Source: Vicugna vicugna
Lineage: Eukaryota
Direction of reading: 5' to 3'
Assembly: GCA_013265495.1 (NCBI GenBank)
Contig: MU058059.1
Span: 744,001 to 808,000, forward strand
DNA: 64,000 nt
Shown: piece by piece, positions 1 to 12,916 of the stretch
Layout: each line of letters starts with the position of its first letter
Position numbering within the stretch: the first letter of the stretch is position 1
Translations under genes and position numbers: made by a program
The notes under the pieces: generated by a model
Seen by the model: the letters and a program-made list of their open reading frames with translations, nothing else
The model's database searches: none
What the model was told of the DNA's origin: nothing

Positions 1-570
1 CCAACATCATCTACTGAATATTTTAAGTTCACTGTTGAGAACTACTGCTGGGGTGGGGGAGATCCCTTTCAAAAGATTTCCTCTCGTTGACAATGCGCCT
101 GGTCGCCCAAGAGCCCTGACGGAGACGTGCAAGAGTAGCGTTTTCTCATGCCGTTACAACTTTAGGGTAAGGAGCTGCTTCTTATGGAGGAGCAAAGAAC
201 ACGGTTTCTTGGGATGGAATCTACTCCTGGTGAAGATGCTGTGAAGGTTGTTGAAATCGCAGCAAAGGGTTTGGAATATCACATAAACTCGGCTGATTAA
301 GTGTCGGCAGGGTTTGAGAGGACTGACTCCAGTTGTGAAAGTTTTACCGCGGGTGGAATGCTATCAAACAGCACTGCATGCTGCAGAGAAATCTGATTTG
401 ATTTGATGCCTGCTGCACGTACAGCATCAAACGTTTGCCTTGGCATCCCTGAACGACGGAAATCTTTTTTTAACTTTTCCATTTTAAAATTGAGCATCAG
501 TTTGTGTGTGTGTGTGTGAGAGACCCTGCCGCCAAAAACACACTAACATGCTCACTGTAAGCTGAGATGA
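1..570 (+). mobile_element. Tigger1 (TcMar-Tigger) DNA transposon fragment, internally deleted and interrupted
   Basis: Resembles recalled Tigger1 consensus (gaatattttaag...gacaatgcgcctggtcgcccaagagc; atggaatctactcctggtgaagatgctgtg; atgctatcaaacagca...gagaaatct; gagaccctgccgcc). ORF 35..244 retains the decayed DDE transposase motif IPFK..LVDNAPG.P. A (GT)n(GA)n tract lies at ~503-522. Confidence 0.85.
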
Positions 571-3264
571 AGCAGAAACCAATGAACCTTAAAAAGAGTC
601 TTGAGACAGGAAAAACATCAGATTCCAGGGAGCAAACTGATGCTGTCATGACAATTTTAATTATGAGGTGTGCTTTGAATCCACATTACTTTGAAAGATA
701 AAGGAAGCACTGATACCCAGTCAAGTAGATTTGGAGGGCTGAGTGGTTCAGTCAAATAAATTATTGAATCTCCCACTTTCAGCAAAATTCTCTTGCTTTC
801 TATCCTCATGTGTCAAAGAAGAATGAATTCCTGAAATAAAGGCAGTCAACTAACATGTAAATCTCTCTTTGAAGAAGTATTGAGACGTTTCTGTAATTTT
901 TCACGGTCAAGCTGTACTAAATATGCACAGGATTTGGCTTTCCTTGACATAAATGTGGACAGCTGAAGTTAAGACCGACAGACAGTGGGTGAGGAACATA
1001 CGCAGCCAGGCACAGCACGTCAGTCTCCTGCTGGGACCCGTGTCTTCACAGAAGCTCCTGGTGACATCCCTTCCATCACAGCAGTAAGCTGCTTCGAATG
1101 GTACCCTCCAGCACCTGTAAAATCTAGAGGTTCCTGGCTCCGGTGGCCAGTGGGGCTTATGCTCGAGGGTTGCACAGGACTGAAACCAAGGGAGAAAGAG
1201 TTCTGAAACAGCAGCTCCCCCCGGGGCACAGCAAGAGGCAGGAGTCCAAGGAGGAGCCTGCTCTTTCCGTGACAGAGGCGTATGGGCTCATCACCACAGC
1301 TGCAGCCCGAGGGGCAGGCTGCTAATGAAGCACGTCCAGGGCCTGCTGCAATCCTTTCCAGAGACATCCCACCGCGTGTGCCGTCTTTGTGTTCTCCCTC
1401 TGCTGTAACTCCCAGAGGGGAGCTTTCACACACATCTGGTGCCTGGTTTTCGCATCTGCTGCCCTAGGGGATATCCCCGACCACCTGGCTCTGGTGCCCA
1501 GGGGGGCGCGTGTTCCGGGGTCGCTTGGGACTGTAGCAATCAGAGACAGTTCTGGGCAGACTAGCACCCCCAGGACACTGTGCAGACAGCAGACCACGGC
1601 ACCCTGGTCTTCCTGTGAAGAGCCCGCTCGCTAGTCCTGAAGGCACTTTCCTTGTGTTAAGCTGATGTGATTTCCAGTTAATTCGCAGCTGCAGCGTGAC
1701 CGATCCACCTTGCCTGGTACCAACAGGGAAGTTTGTATGTGGCTGCAATGGTGGTGACCACACATTGTCCTCTGTGGCAAAATCAGAAATTGATTCCTTC
1801 TCACACGGAGGCATTTTCACAAGGTGCTCAGAGATAGCCTCGCCCCTCCCCCCGCCAGGATGCAGGCAATGCCCCTCCTCTACCCAGGTGCTTTTGGCTC
1901 CTGAGCCCTGGCTTCTGGCAGTCTGCCTCTCTGCGTGGCCCCCACCCTTCCAGGCAGCCCTCTTGGGCAGAGGTTTTAAAGGACTAGGCTGACCATACCA
2001 GGACCAGGGGGGCACCTTTTGACCCACATGTGTGTTGCTCCTAATACAGCCTATCTTTCCCTTTTTCTGTGTCTCAAGCCAATTATCCGTCTGAGGTTTA
2101 CAGTTTATTATCCCTTCTGGTGATGACAAACATGACCCACCTTGAACACATATCTTAGGTAGATTTCACAGATCAAAACCGCCCCCAAGGGCTGGAGGTG
2201 GGTGCGGGTCAGCTCCTTCTCCACAACTTTGCTAGCAGCTTACAATGCAAGCGAGCCTCAGAGCTCACAGCCTGACACTCATCAAACATGCGTAAGAAGC
2301 ATGTCGATGACGTGTTCTGTAAGCTCAATGAATGTGCTTTAGGTGATCCAACCATACAGTTTTCCTCCAGGCAGGCGCCCCGTATTCTCTAGAAGAAGTT
2401 CTGTTGGCCTCGTACGCGGCATCAGGCCACCAGATTCTTCCCAGCATCTGAGCCCACATCCGTATCAGATAGGACACCTGGGTGAAGCCTCACTGCATCC
2501 TTGCACGCAGTTAAAGCAGGGGGTAAGGAGTATCTTCCTAATAATTTCACTAAGCTGCACGACCCAGAATAGCGAGGAAGCCTATTTCTAACATCCATTA
2601 TGCTAATTAACAAGTCACTCACTTCTGCAGTGACAGTTTATCTCTAGCATCTTTGTGCTATTGAGAAAACCTTTCAGGGTTAATGCAGGTAAGAAAGCTC
2701 AAACACTGGTAGCAGTCACCTGTGGAGTGTGGCCTTTTATTAAGACACAGGATTCCTGGAGCGGTCAGTTAAAATCAACTAATGCACTCTCTTATGTCCT
2801 ATTGCCTCTGCTGAAAGGTTTTTGAAATAAACTACAGACATTCTAATACCACGTTTTGTGAGTCCCATGTACTGTGGCCTTTCCAATCCCCTGCACCTGA
2901 GCTCCCATGTTTAAATATGACCCCAGTGTCATCTTGTGGCATATCTGTATCATTGTTCTATTTGGGGTGTTCAGGAAGCCACGACTTGAAAGATGATGTT
3001 GCATGTAATACACATATAATTGGTACCTACCAATTACATGAAACCTTTGGAAGACCCAGGAGTCTCGACTTCACGTGAACAACTGTAGATCCAGAGTTTA
3101 GTTTGGAACCTGATGTCAGTACTCTGTATTCTGACAGACTTTTTGCTATTTAAAATGTGCCATTTTATTGAATCATATATATCTCCTGTCAAGTCATTAG
3201 ATTGGGACTCTCCGTCAATGTCACCACCACATTATGTGGTCAACGAGTACTATAAAAATACACA

Positions 3265-3853
3265 TAGTCAACAGAGGACTCAAAGTCAGGTCAGAGAAAG
3301 AGCAGCAAGGGAACTGAGATTAGCAGACATTCACGAGACTTAAAAGCAAAATGCTCAATAGCTCATTTGATGACCTTGTACGCGTCCTCACCTGTTCCCC
3401 CCGTGGACAGGGAGTGTTGCCTGTCCCTCCCGTACACCGATCAAACCATCAGCCACGGCTAGTGCCCACCAACAGTGCGCCCTGAGGGAATTCAGGATGG
3501 AGAGAGACAGGAAGCACTCTGTGCTCGGGATACTGGCCCCTAGGAAGTTACGGTGCATATCTAAGGAATTGCTTCAATGAGCCCAGATCCTTGCATCCTC
3601 TCAGACACAGAAAAGTGCTAAAATCAGTACCTTCCGACGTCTGTTCTGTGCGATTAGCGGTAATCTCTTGATGTTCGACTATGTGCTTTTCCCAGCAAAA
3701 AAAAAACCCTATAAATCCTGTCCCCTTCCATACTCTTAAGAGCAGTTCCTCAGAGCTATCCGAGAGACTACTGCCAGGCTATCTTTCTCAGTAAGATCCC
3801 CGAATAAACCTTAACTCACAACTTTTAGGTCTTGTGTTTTCCTTCAGTCGACA
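3265..3853 (+). mobile_element. ERV1-type solo LTR (5' boundary uncertain)
   Basis: TATAAA at 3710-3715 and AATAAA at 3803-3808 in U3-R-U5 order; ends ...ttcagtcgaCA, an LTR-like terminus. Confidence 0.7.
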
Positions 3854-6800
3854 CCTCCAAACCAAGCACTGCGAACGTGGAAAATATGGTGGAGCTTTTG
3901 TTAACACTTTGACAAACTAGAAAGAATTACTGGAAAGCACTGCTTCGGACGGCAGGCAGCGCACCCACAGAGCTCAGTGCTGGCGCCCAGCTCGTTACGG
4001 CTGTACGCTTGGCGCTTCTGGTTGTCAGCAGCGCGTGCAACACCGAGCCCACAGCCTTTACAGGTGCTTGAGTGAGGACAATGAGACTGTGCGTCTAACT
4101 TCTACACCACTGTCTCTGAGCGTGGAGTCTACTAAAGCAGAAGCAACGACAACGGAATCTAAAGCAGCAGAAACTCCTGGTAGAGAACTGTGTTCTTCTA
4201 TTAGTGTTTGTCAGTGATGTGAATAAATGACCTCCTTGTAAACAGCCCTGAGCCTTTGTCAACCATGAGTGGATTTGTTAAGCAAGCTGATGATGTTAGA
4301 GTAACTCAGCCGAATTCTGTGGCAATTATCACGAAGTTAGGATCAACGCAGCCTGAGACTGAAGTTTTACTGTCTTCGGAGTATTTCCTTCTCAGCTTTC
4401 TTGTCGCTAAATTATTAGCATGCTTTCCCAAGGTTTCACCTGTGTTTCTCTTTTAGGTACCATATAACATTCCCCCGTGGACATTAACTAGGACTGTAAG
4501 GATCCATGGGCACGGTCACCATGCCTGCTCTTCCTTGGAGACACCACAGGCATAGCATCCTGTCCTAGTCTCCTGCTCCACTGCAGACATTTCAGAAGGC
4601 AAGCTGCGCACGGGCAAAGTTAGAAGAGAAGGAAGCAGGGATTTAACAGCCACGAGAAGGTGGGTTGGAGAGCAACTGCCATGACCAAACACAGCTCTCT
4701 TGGGCTGATTCAGAACTAGGTCTCCGTCTAGTTACTCCTGTGTTGTTGACTTTGGAACAGAATCATGATGATGTATGTATACTCTGCCAGTGATTGGAGA
4801 TGAAGCAAAGGCTCCCTTATGCTAAGAGGGGAAAAATGCAAACATACATGGCATTGCACATCGAGCAAGATACAAAAAGCCTTGGAGAGACCAAGGTCAG
4901 AAGCAGCTGGAGCCCACAGCTCAGTGGAAGGTGGACTGGAATGAACACACACATGCTCATGGAGAGGGAAGGATGTGGCAGAAATTTTAAGAGCTGACAA
5001 GACAGAACCTCAAAGGGAGGCAGTGATGACAGTATGACTGAAGTAGAGAGTTGGAAACACGAAAATGGAGCTCAATTTCTAGAAGAATGAAGATCTTCCA
5101 TCAATTGAAAAAAAAACCCAGCTTTCAACCTAGTTTTAAAACCTCCACTTGTTCAGCAGTGAGTGTTTCAAACTGTTACCCAAGCATATAGCTGGGAATT
5201 GGCTCGATGATGTGGCAAATTCCCCTGGTCCATACGTTCTTGTTCTTCATGCCCACTACCCAAAGACACAGCCCTCTGTTTGGACCACAAGCATCATGTC
5301 AAGATGCATATCTAACCTGGATTACATCCAAGTCTCTCTGCCTGTACACGGATGCCCTGGGGTAAGCCAGAGCATTTGCCAGGAAATGGACTATAGTAGA
5401 TTATCTCAAAGATGCCCTAGAGATTTAACATCATGCAGATTCTAAGTGCATTTCTAACATTATGTCCTGGTGGCTCTTTATAACTCTGGAAATGACCACA
5501 GATAGCTCACCCCACCCGACCAATACTGGTAATCACTTAAAAGACAGAAACGTGAGATGTACTTCTGATTAGGAAAGACGTCAATTCTACGTCATCCTGT
5601 TGGTGTGCAGATTCACTCCATGGAGATAAACTTCACTCTCTTTTTATTTCAGTCAACTTAAACTTTAAAATTCTGAAGACAATGGAATTAAAAGCACAGT
5701 ATTGGGATCTCTGGGTACATGGATTTCCTAGATCTTTGTGTGTCCAAAGAAAATATACGAAAGATTTTTTTTTCTATTACTGGAAGGATTTGGAGGAATG
5801 GATAAAACATAACAGTAATGGTTTAAAACCAGATTTTAGAAGTCCCTGTCAAATGTGATGGCTGAGCTTGAGCCGTGGGGAGGGGAGGAAAGGGCTGCCC
5901 AATGCTTTTGTTTTAGTCCATTCTTTAAAGTGGTGGGTTAAGGTTGGCTGGCACGTTCTAAGCTGAGACAGCACTCTTCTATATTTGTATCAAGAATATC
6001 TAGGGAATTCTAATACTGCAAACATTTCTAGACCACACTGGAGCCCTGAAGTAAGCCAAGGACATGTGTGTGCTCCTGAAGGCTGGATTACAAAGTAAAA
6101 CATTTGGGATGGGATAGTTACAGCCATGCCTCAGAGAAAACCATTGGTAGTAAAAAATGTAAAAGTACCTACATGTGTCTAGGTATGAGTATTCATTTAA
6201 CTCTTGCTCTAAATTTATATAATCTAATTGTGCCTGTGTCTGTGTGTTAAAGTTCTACTAAGAACCAATATAAAAACACTCACAAGCTTTCTCTCTCCAT
6301 TATGCATAAGGCACTAATTCCCATAGTCCAGTATGGGAATCCCATACCGGACTCCCAATTCCGTATCTCTACAGTGTTTTCAGGGGTTTGTGGCCACTCT
6401 CACTGCCTCAGATCACTCTCCTTCAGATCAGTTTTGTATTTAGCTTCCAATTGGTCTTGCCAAAGCACCAGTATAGATCATTTTTCTTATTCAAAAAAGT
6501 CTTAATGTCTGTCTCATGTCTATGACCACGGAGCCCACGGTGCTTAGTTGGGCATTCAAGGACGCCCCTGGACGGGCAAACCCCCAGCTTTGCACTTTCA
6601 TTTCCCTACCCCTTTCCATGCCACTCTGTTCCAGCCCATCAGAAGTCCTGCTGTTCTCTGAACCAGCTGTGAGCTTGGCTCAGTCTGTGTCTTCTGTCCC
6701 CGTCCTCCTTCAAGATTGAGCAAGTCCAACTCCATCCCTGCAGCCACCTCTCCTGGAAGCACCTCTCCTGAGTCCAGGACTAGCATTACGGACTTCAGAA

Positions 6801-7619
6801 CCAGCTTGTCCTGGGCCCATCCCGACACGCCCCTCTCCTCTGCCTGCCTCCTCCAGACCCTGGTTTATCTCTCAGCCTTTTACCTTTTTACCTGGTGTTC
6901 TGGCTCCTCTGACATTCCTCCTGTCTCTGTCCCCATGCATCAACTCTGTATCAAACAACCCTCTGATCCCTCTCTAGACTTCATGCTTAGATGTGATTCT
7001 CTACCCCCTCCATCCCCCGTGACTGCCTCCCTAGCTACTTCACTGTCCCCTGAGCTGATCCTTCTCCTAACTCATAGGAGGAACTACTATGGAATCTCAG
7101 TCCCCCTGCCTCTTCCAGGAACCTCTAAAGACTCTGGAGACCCCACCAGTGGTCCGGCCTGGAGACTGACATCCAGCCTGGAGACTGACGCCCAGTGGCT
7201 CCTCTTCCTGGTCATGCCTGCCATCTTGTGGACACAGACAGTAACTACACCAGGGCTGGGCTCAAACACCCACCTAAGGACCAAAAAGACTGCTTCTTGG
7301 GAAACAAGGTACCTTAATGCTGCAATATGCACGAGGCCTGTACCGGGTGTTCCAGTTAAATGGGAAGTACGGGTTTGCTCAAATACCATCCCTGGTGGGG
7401 GCACGGGGCTACCAGTCGCATAAAACATCTCTCCTGCAGAGCACTTAGCACCATGCTTTTTCCTGAGCACTTAATAAATGTTCTGGAAAAGTCTGAACCT
7501 AGCTGTTCAAACCATAGACCTATAATTAACTTGGAGGCAACTTATCTCAATTGCAAGTCAAATGCCAGAACTCTTTGTCCACCAATAGATTAGATTCCAA
7601 AAGGCTATGCTTAGCTTCA

Positions 7620-7997
7620 TGTTGGAGAAGGGAAGAAAAAACCTGACTCCACATTAGATCTGTTCCTTTGGCTCTAACCTGTGCTCTGTTTCCTGGGCTT
7701 AGTCACGCTGGTTCTGCACCTTTTGTAAAAGAATGTTGCCTGGAGCCTGAAAAACACAGGAGAGCCTATTCTCAAGGCTCTGACCTTTAAGAGTATAACA
7801 CCTTCCCATTCACATAAAGATAAAAAGCTGCAGAACAGAGAATAACATTTGTCTTGCTGGAGGTTTACAGGGACACCATGACCCACGTGTACAGCTACGA
7901 GAACAGAGGATTCCACACCAAGAAGTCTGCAGCAACCAGCCACATCCCCTCCCCATTTTCATATAAAAGAAGCCTGAATTCTGACTTGGGTAAGATG
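7620..7997 (+). mobile_element. ERV1-type LTR, 3'-truncated (same family as 58358-58897)
   Basis: Starts TG. Colinear and highly similar to 58358-~58760 (shared tgtttcctgggcttagtcacgctggttctgcacctt, gcctattctcaaggctctgacctttaag, tataaaa..agcctgaattctgacttg). Similarity stops shortly after the TATA box. Confidence 0.85.
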
Positions 7998-8249
7998 TAA
8001 ATAAGAGTGTGGAAGTTTTAAAACAAGGCACATTCTTGTTTTCCTTGGGAACATGCACTCTGTAGGCAACTTCTCTATTTTTTGGTTCCTCTATGTGTCC
8101 TGCATTTATGCTTTGTCCTCCCCACCACATCACATCTTTCTCTTCCCCACTCTGTGGCCAGGAGACTGCTCTGTGCAGACAGAGTCCTCTGGGCTCTGAC
8201 CTCCTGCTGGGCGGGGCCCTTGAAAGTGGGGCCGCCTTTGGGGAAAGGT

Positions 8250-8611
8250 GTGCTAATCTGCTGGGGCTGTCATAACAAAGCGCCACAAACCGGGTGGCTT
8301 CAACAGCACAAGTTTGACATCGCACGTCCCTGGAAGCTACAAGTCCTGGATCGACGTGTGAGCAGGGCTGGCTCCTTCTGGGGCCCCTCTCCCCGGCTTG
8401 TGGACGACCATCTTCTCCCCGTGCTCCCACGTGGTCTTCTCTGTGCCCTAATCTCTTCTTACAAGGACACTGGTCACACTGGATTAGGGTCTTCCCTAAT
8501 GGCCCCGTTTTACCTTAAATACTGTTTTAAAACGGCTATTTCCTCATAAGTCACATTCTGAAGGGCTGGGAGGGCTTCAGCATAGGGAGGGGACACAACT
8601 TAGCTCACGAC
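8250..8611 (-). mobile_element. MaLR LTR, MLT1A-like
   Basis: Typical reverse-orientation MLT1 motifs: gctgtcataacaaag..ccacaaaccgggtggctt, ctaatctcttcttacaaggacactggtcacactggattaggg, aagtcacattctga, gggggacacaacttagc. Confidence 0.85.
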
Positions 8612-8907
8612 GCAGGGTGAAGAGCTCGGGGCGCACTCCCCTCCTTCCTCCCCGGCCCCACCGCAGCTCCGGCAGGGCGCGCCCTTCTTTCTCCCAGGGC
8701 TGCAGCCCCTGGCAGCGCTGTCTCCTTTCCAGACTCCTCAAGCCCAAAAGAAGGAAGTGCTTCCAACGTAGGTTAGTCTGTGGGCACCTGGTATCCATCC
8801 TGGTTCCTTTGCTCCTTTGCACACCTCTGTAAATAGTTCTATCACTGACTAAATTTCATTAAGCCCTTGGGATTGTGCCTCTTTCCTCCTGGAACAGGAG
8901 TCAGCAA

Positions 8908-8948
8908 GGTTTTGTTTTTTGTTTGTTTGTTTGTTTGTTTGTGTTTTC
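8908..8948. repeat. (GTTT)n microsatellite
   Basis: Directly visible gtttgtttgtttgtttg tract. Confidence 0.9.
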
Positions 8949-9798
8949 ATAAAGCTTAAAAGAAGTGCTTTAAGCGAGCAGAGCCACCCCTGGTTTCCAA
9001 GTTTGTGACAAAACCCTCAACAGTCCTTCCGGGACGCATCAACCTCCGAAACTCAGCCCTGTCTCCGGTTAACACTGGGTGAATAAGCGCCCCACATGAG
9101 CAGCGATACTCTGCCTGGCCCCGCTTGCGAAGCGTTTTGTTTGGCCCGCCACCTCGCCTGCTTTCCTGCTACTGGCCGTTGACGGCATAAGCACACCCTG
9201 GCCATCTCTTTCACGGTTTGCTGTTTGTCTTTTAGGATCATCTTCGGTGCCAGCTGACATCCCAGAGGCGTGGACAATCAGAGGCGGGCTTTTCACAAAC
9301 CTAATGACTCTTTGGGGCCCCTTATTTGCACCTACACCTTCGTAGTCCCAAATAACGTGTATGCTTTTGTAAGATTTCCAAAATCATTTTAGCTGCAACT
9401 TGTGAAAATTGCTGTATCTTTCCCCTTCTTCCCGTCCCATCCCCTCGCGTGGGGGAGCACTGGCATGGCTGTGAGAACGCTGGGGCTCCGACTCAGGGGA
9501 CGTTGATCTGGGCACACATTAGCGCAGGGCTTGGTGGGGTATGTTCACGTGGCTCAGGGTCATCTGCGAGAGTAGTTGAACTATTGCTGGCTGTCTCGGT
9601 TATGGAATGGCTTCTGGTAATACTCCTGCCACCCACTTGCATATTTAAATCGTGTATTTGTAATTGTATGCTCTTTTTCTTAAAGTGAATCTCAGTTTTT
9701 TTTATATGTAAACTTCAGGTACCACAAAAGCTGGATCCACTCGTAGAGGCAAAAAATTCTCCATTTCTGCAGCATCGTTTTATTTTGGACAATTATTT

Positions 9799-10228
9799 TG
9801 TCACCAGCCTGGGTTCTTGGACTTTTTAATCAACAGAAATTGATAAAAGGCCGGAGGAGAAGCTTAGGCAGGGTAAAGATTTATTTATTTATATATAAAG
9901 TTTATTTTTAAATACATTTATTTATTCAGGCAAGGCTTTATTGGGAGAGTACAAGGGAGTGAAAACAAGTAACAGGTTTCCTTCTTTGCTCTAAGGGTAA
10001 GGGGAGGGGAAGGTCCAGGGGTCTGGCTGGAGTGATGGCTTGGGGGGTCTGCCCACCCCTCAATGGGTGCTGCGTTCCGGGGTCACGCAGCAGCACCTGC
10101 TTTCACTCCTGACGCCTCAGGCGTGGCAGCTGGGTTTTTGGTCTTTTTGTGTCCTGTTGCTCATAATTTGCCCCAACTGTGCACTCACACAGTTATTTTT
10201 AGACCCTTATAGTTTCTTTGTGTTCTGT
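9799..10228 (-). mobile_element. ERV1-type LTR, reverse orientation, partial
   Basis: Begins tgtcaccagcctgggttcttgg (reverse complement of an LTR end ...ggtgaCA); contains caggcaaggcTTTATTggg, a reverse polyA signal. Right boundary uncertain. Confidence 0.6.
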
Positions 10229-10299
10229 AAATGTGTATGTGTATATGTGTGTAAGTATATGTGTAAGTGTTTCTATTATGTGAAAGGAACTTTGTTAAC

Positions 10300-10395
10300 C
10301 TTTTTATTTATTGAAATATAGTTGGCATATAATATTCTGTTATTTTCAGGTGACCCACATTGTGGTTTGGCATTTGCATACCATGTGAAGATGTA
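10300..10395 (-). mobile_element. L1 3'-terminal stub
   Basis: T-rich tail followed by attgaaatatagttggcatataatattctgttattttcaggtg...tttgcatac, typical of a reverse L1 3' end. Confidence 0.65.
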
Positions 10396-11429
10396 TTTTT
10401 AAGTTCTTTGTGCGCATCTCATAGACTGAAATCCCATCTCTGAATACAGCCAAGAATGTCCAAAGCTTAAGAGGGGAGGGGGGCATTTAAAAAAATTTTA
10501 AACTCCTCTTTACCACCACATAAATGTGGGGTTAAAATTGCCACCAAAAAAAAAAGAATAGTAGAATAGACTTTTCCTGACACATTCCAACTTACAGGCA
10601 GAGTTCAAACTTCTCTCTTCCTTTTTGTGTCTTCCCAAGTTCCCTTCCTCTGTCTCCTTTTCCTCTCTCACTGTCCCCAAAGAATGGGTCAGGATCAAGA
10701 AGATTTATCCATCAGGGAGCTGAAGATTTGGGCTCTCAATTTCCCCCTTTCAGTCGATTCTCTTCTCCCTTAGTTAAATAAAGCAAAACGGCCCTGGGGC
10801 CCACTGGGGGTGAGCCGTCGACACAAGATGCTCCTGCGACAGGCTCAGCTGCAAATGCTCACTTCCTCTACCCCTCACAGCAGCCCTGTGAGGCACGGAC
10901 CGAGGAGGGGGCCACGCTGCAGAGAGGTCAGGACCCCAGGCCCGCAGCCCTGCCGACCGCGCTGGGCTGCCTCGGCGCGGCTCTAGGCGTTGTGTGTGGG
11001 CATCTTCCCTCCTCACTTGTCTTGGCTGCCCTTCCTCACCACCAGAGGTATAAAATTTGTGGCTTGGTCAGTGAGAGAGGGTCACGGCTTGTATTCAGAC
11101 ATCTCATCCGGGTGTCCTCCCTCTGCACAGGTCCCTCCTGGACCACCAGGAAGTGCATTGGGTCCGCGGCAAAAGCTTGGCACACTAAAAGCAGATGTCG
11201 CCTGGACATCCTCTCTGCCCATCTCCCCCATGACCAGGCTCTGACCTCCAAGACTGATCTGCGCAAGGACATCACCTGGGGGACGGATCAGACCTGCTGA
11301 AGACACTCGGGTACAGATGCCAAGTAAAGAAACATCGGTTTTCATCTAATTCCTTGCCAGAATCTTCAGATGCCCCTCTCCCACAAATTTGAATTTCTAG
11401 ATTGAGAAGGGTGAGGAATCCCGAGAGGT

Positions 11430-11835
11430 GTGGCTCGGGGCCTCTGCGTCTTTGTGGCCCCAACCCCGCCGCCTAGCACTTACCCTGTGCCAGCTGCCAG
11501 CCCAACTTCAAACTGCCCGCCCCTGACGTCTCTGCCTGAAGGCAAAACTGGGGCAATCAACAGGCCTGGGGGCAGCCACCACGCAGCCATGACTGAGGGA
11601 TGGCGCCATGATTCTGAGGCGCACGTTCTGTTTCCCAGAGTCCCCCAGCAGAATCAAGCTCCGTTTGCCCAAGTAGAAACTTCTTCCATCATACAGCCTC
11701 GACCAGCTTCCTTCTCCTCCCTGTCAAAAGCATCCTCGCTCCTCCTGCTGCTCTCTGAGATCACCTCCCAAATAAATGACTTGAACGAAAACCCTTGTCC
11801 CAGGGTCGGCTTCCGCGGGAACACAAGCTAAGATA
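11430..11835 (+). mobile_element. ERVL LTR16-like LTR
   Basis: 3' end ctcccaAATAAAtgacttgaacgaaaacccttgtcccagggtcggcttccgcgggaacacaagctaagata resembles the LTR16 terminus. Confidence 0.7.
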
Positions 11836-12764
11836 CTTTTCTACCTGAAGCCGACTTAATACCGCTGTCTCCAGCCGCAGCGCCTGTCCACCCCCAGGGA
11901 ACAGATATAACGCACCTGGCCCGTGTCTACGCGCAGCGATGGCCAATACATGTCTCTGGATCAGGAATTAGCTGTGCACACCACATCGCTCTAGGCATTG
12001 TACAGGCATTCACAGCGTGAAAACGTTTTCATTTTCAAGCATTAGAAGTAACCAAAAAAAGGAACAAAAGGTTTTCTTTGGTTTTCATTTAACTTTAAAA
12101 AATTAAGTCCTGGCATATTCCACAGTGCCCTGACAAGTAGGAAACGGAGCAAACCCATGAGATCCTCTGGCTGGACAGCCTTCGGACCAGCGGGACAGAA
12201 AAGGAAACTCATTACACGTCAGGCTCAGATGGCTAGATTACATTTCCCACACAGACCTCTCCAGGCTACATGTGCACAAACCCAAAATGCAGCGGAAGCT
12301 CAGGGCGGGTCGCCGGGCTACGCCTGGTTGGACTTGTCACGCTAACGTGGGCACGTGGACTGTTAAGGTCAGTGTCGCCAAGTGACTCTGTCTTGGCACT
12401 TCAGGATGGATTCAACACAAAATAATTCACACGGATCTCAGTTTAGACAATAGTTGTGAGCCCCCTAGTTGCCCTGGACAGTGGCCACTCTGCGAGAAGC
12501 TCAACAGAGCAGACTCCAGCGCTTAGGAGAGACAGTAGAACAAGGCAATGACATGAATCAAAAGCAAGCTGGTATGTTCCCAAAGAGGAAGAAGAAAATG
12601 GGGGAAAGAGGGTTATTTTTTTATCCTACATCATTTGACTTCAACTGACCACAAACCGTGCCATTCTGTATTTGGGCAGTTCTGTAAATTTCCAAGGCTC
12701 TCTTGAGGTCGTCCACACATTTATTCTGACAACGCTCTGTTCTCCACTAGGCATGTCTCAATCG

Positions 12765-12916
12765 CATCTGCAAATCACATATATGACATCATCCAACCTT
12801 CCCCGTAACCCCATGAGGTATATTCAACTGGAATTCTCATTTCACACTGAGGAAGCAGGGGCTCGGCGAGGTCTGAGGATTTGCCCCATATCTCACAGCT
12901 AGTAAGCTGCAGAGCT
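12765..12916 (-). mobile_element. MIR SINE fragment
   Basis: Core-like aaccccatgaggta...ctcatttcacactgaggaagcaggggctc...ttgccccatatctcacagctagtaag. Confidence 0.7.

Noticed and set aside
1464..2129. 221-aa minus-strand ORF
   Set aside because: No recognisable domain, non-ATG start, and overlapped by similar ORFs in other frames, as expected by chance in GC-rich DNA.
6716..7423. 235-aa plus-strand ORF (longest in the window)
   Set aside because: Non-ATG start; Ser/Pro/Leu-rich product from pyrimidine-rich, L2-like decayed sequence; no recognisable homology.
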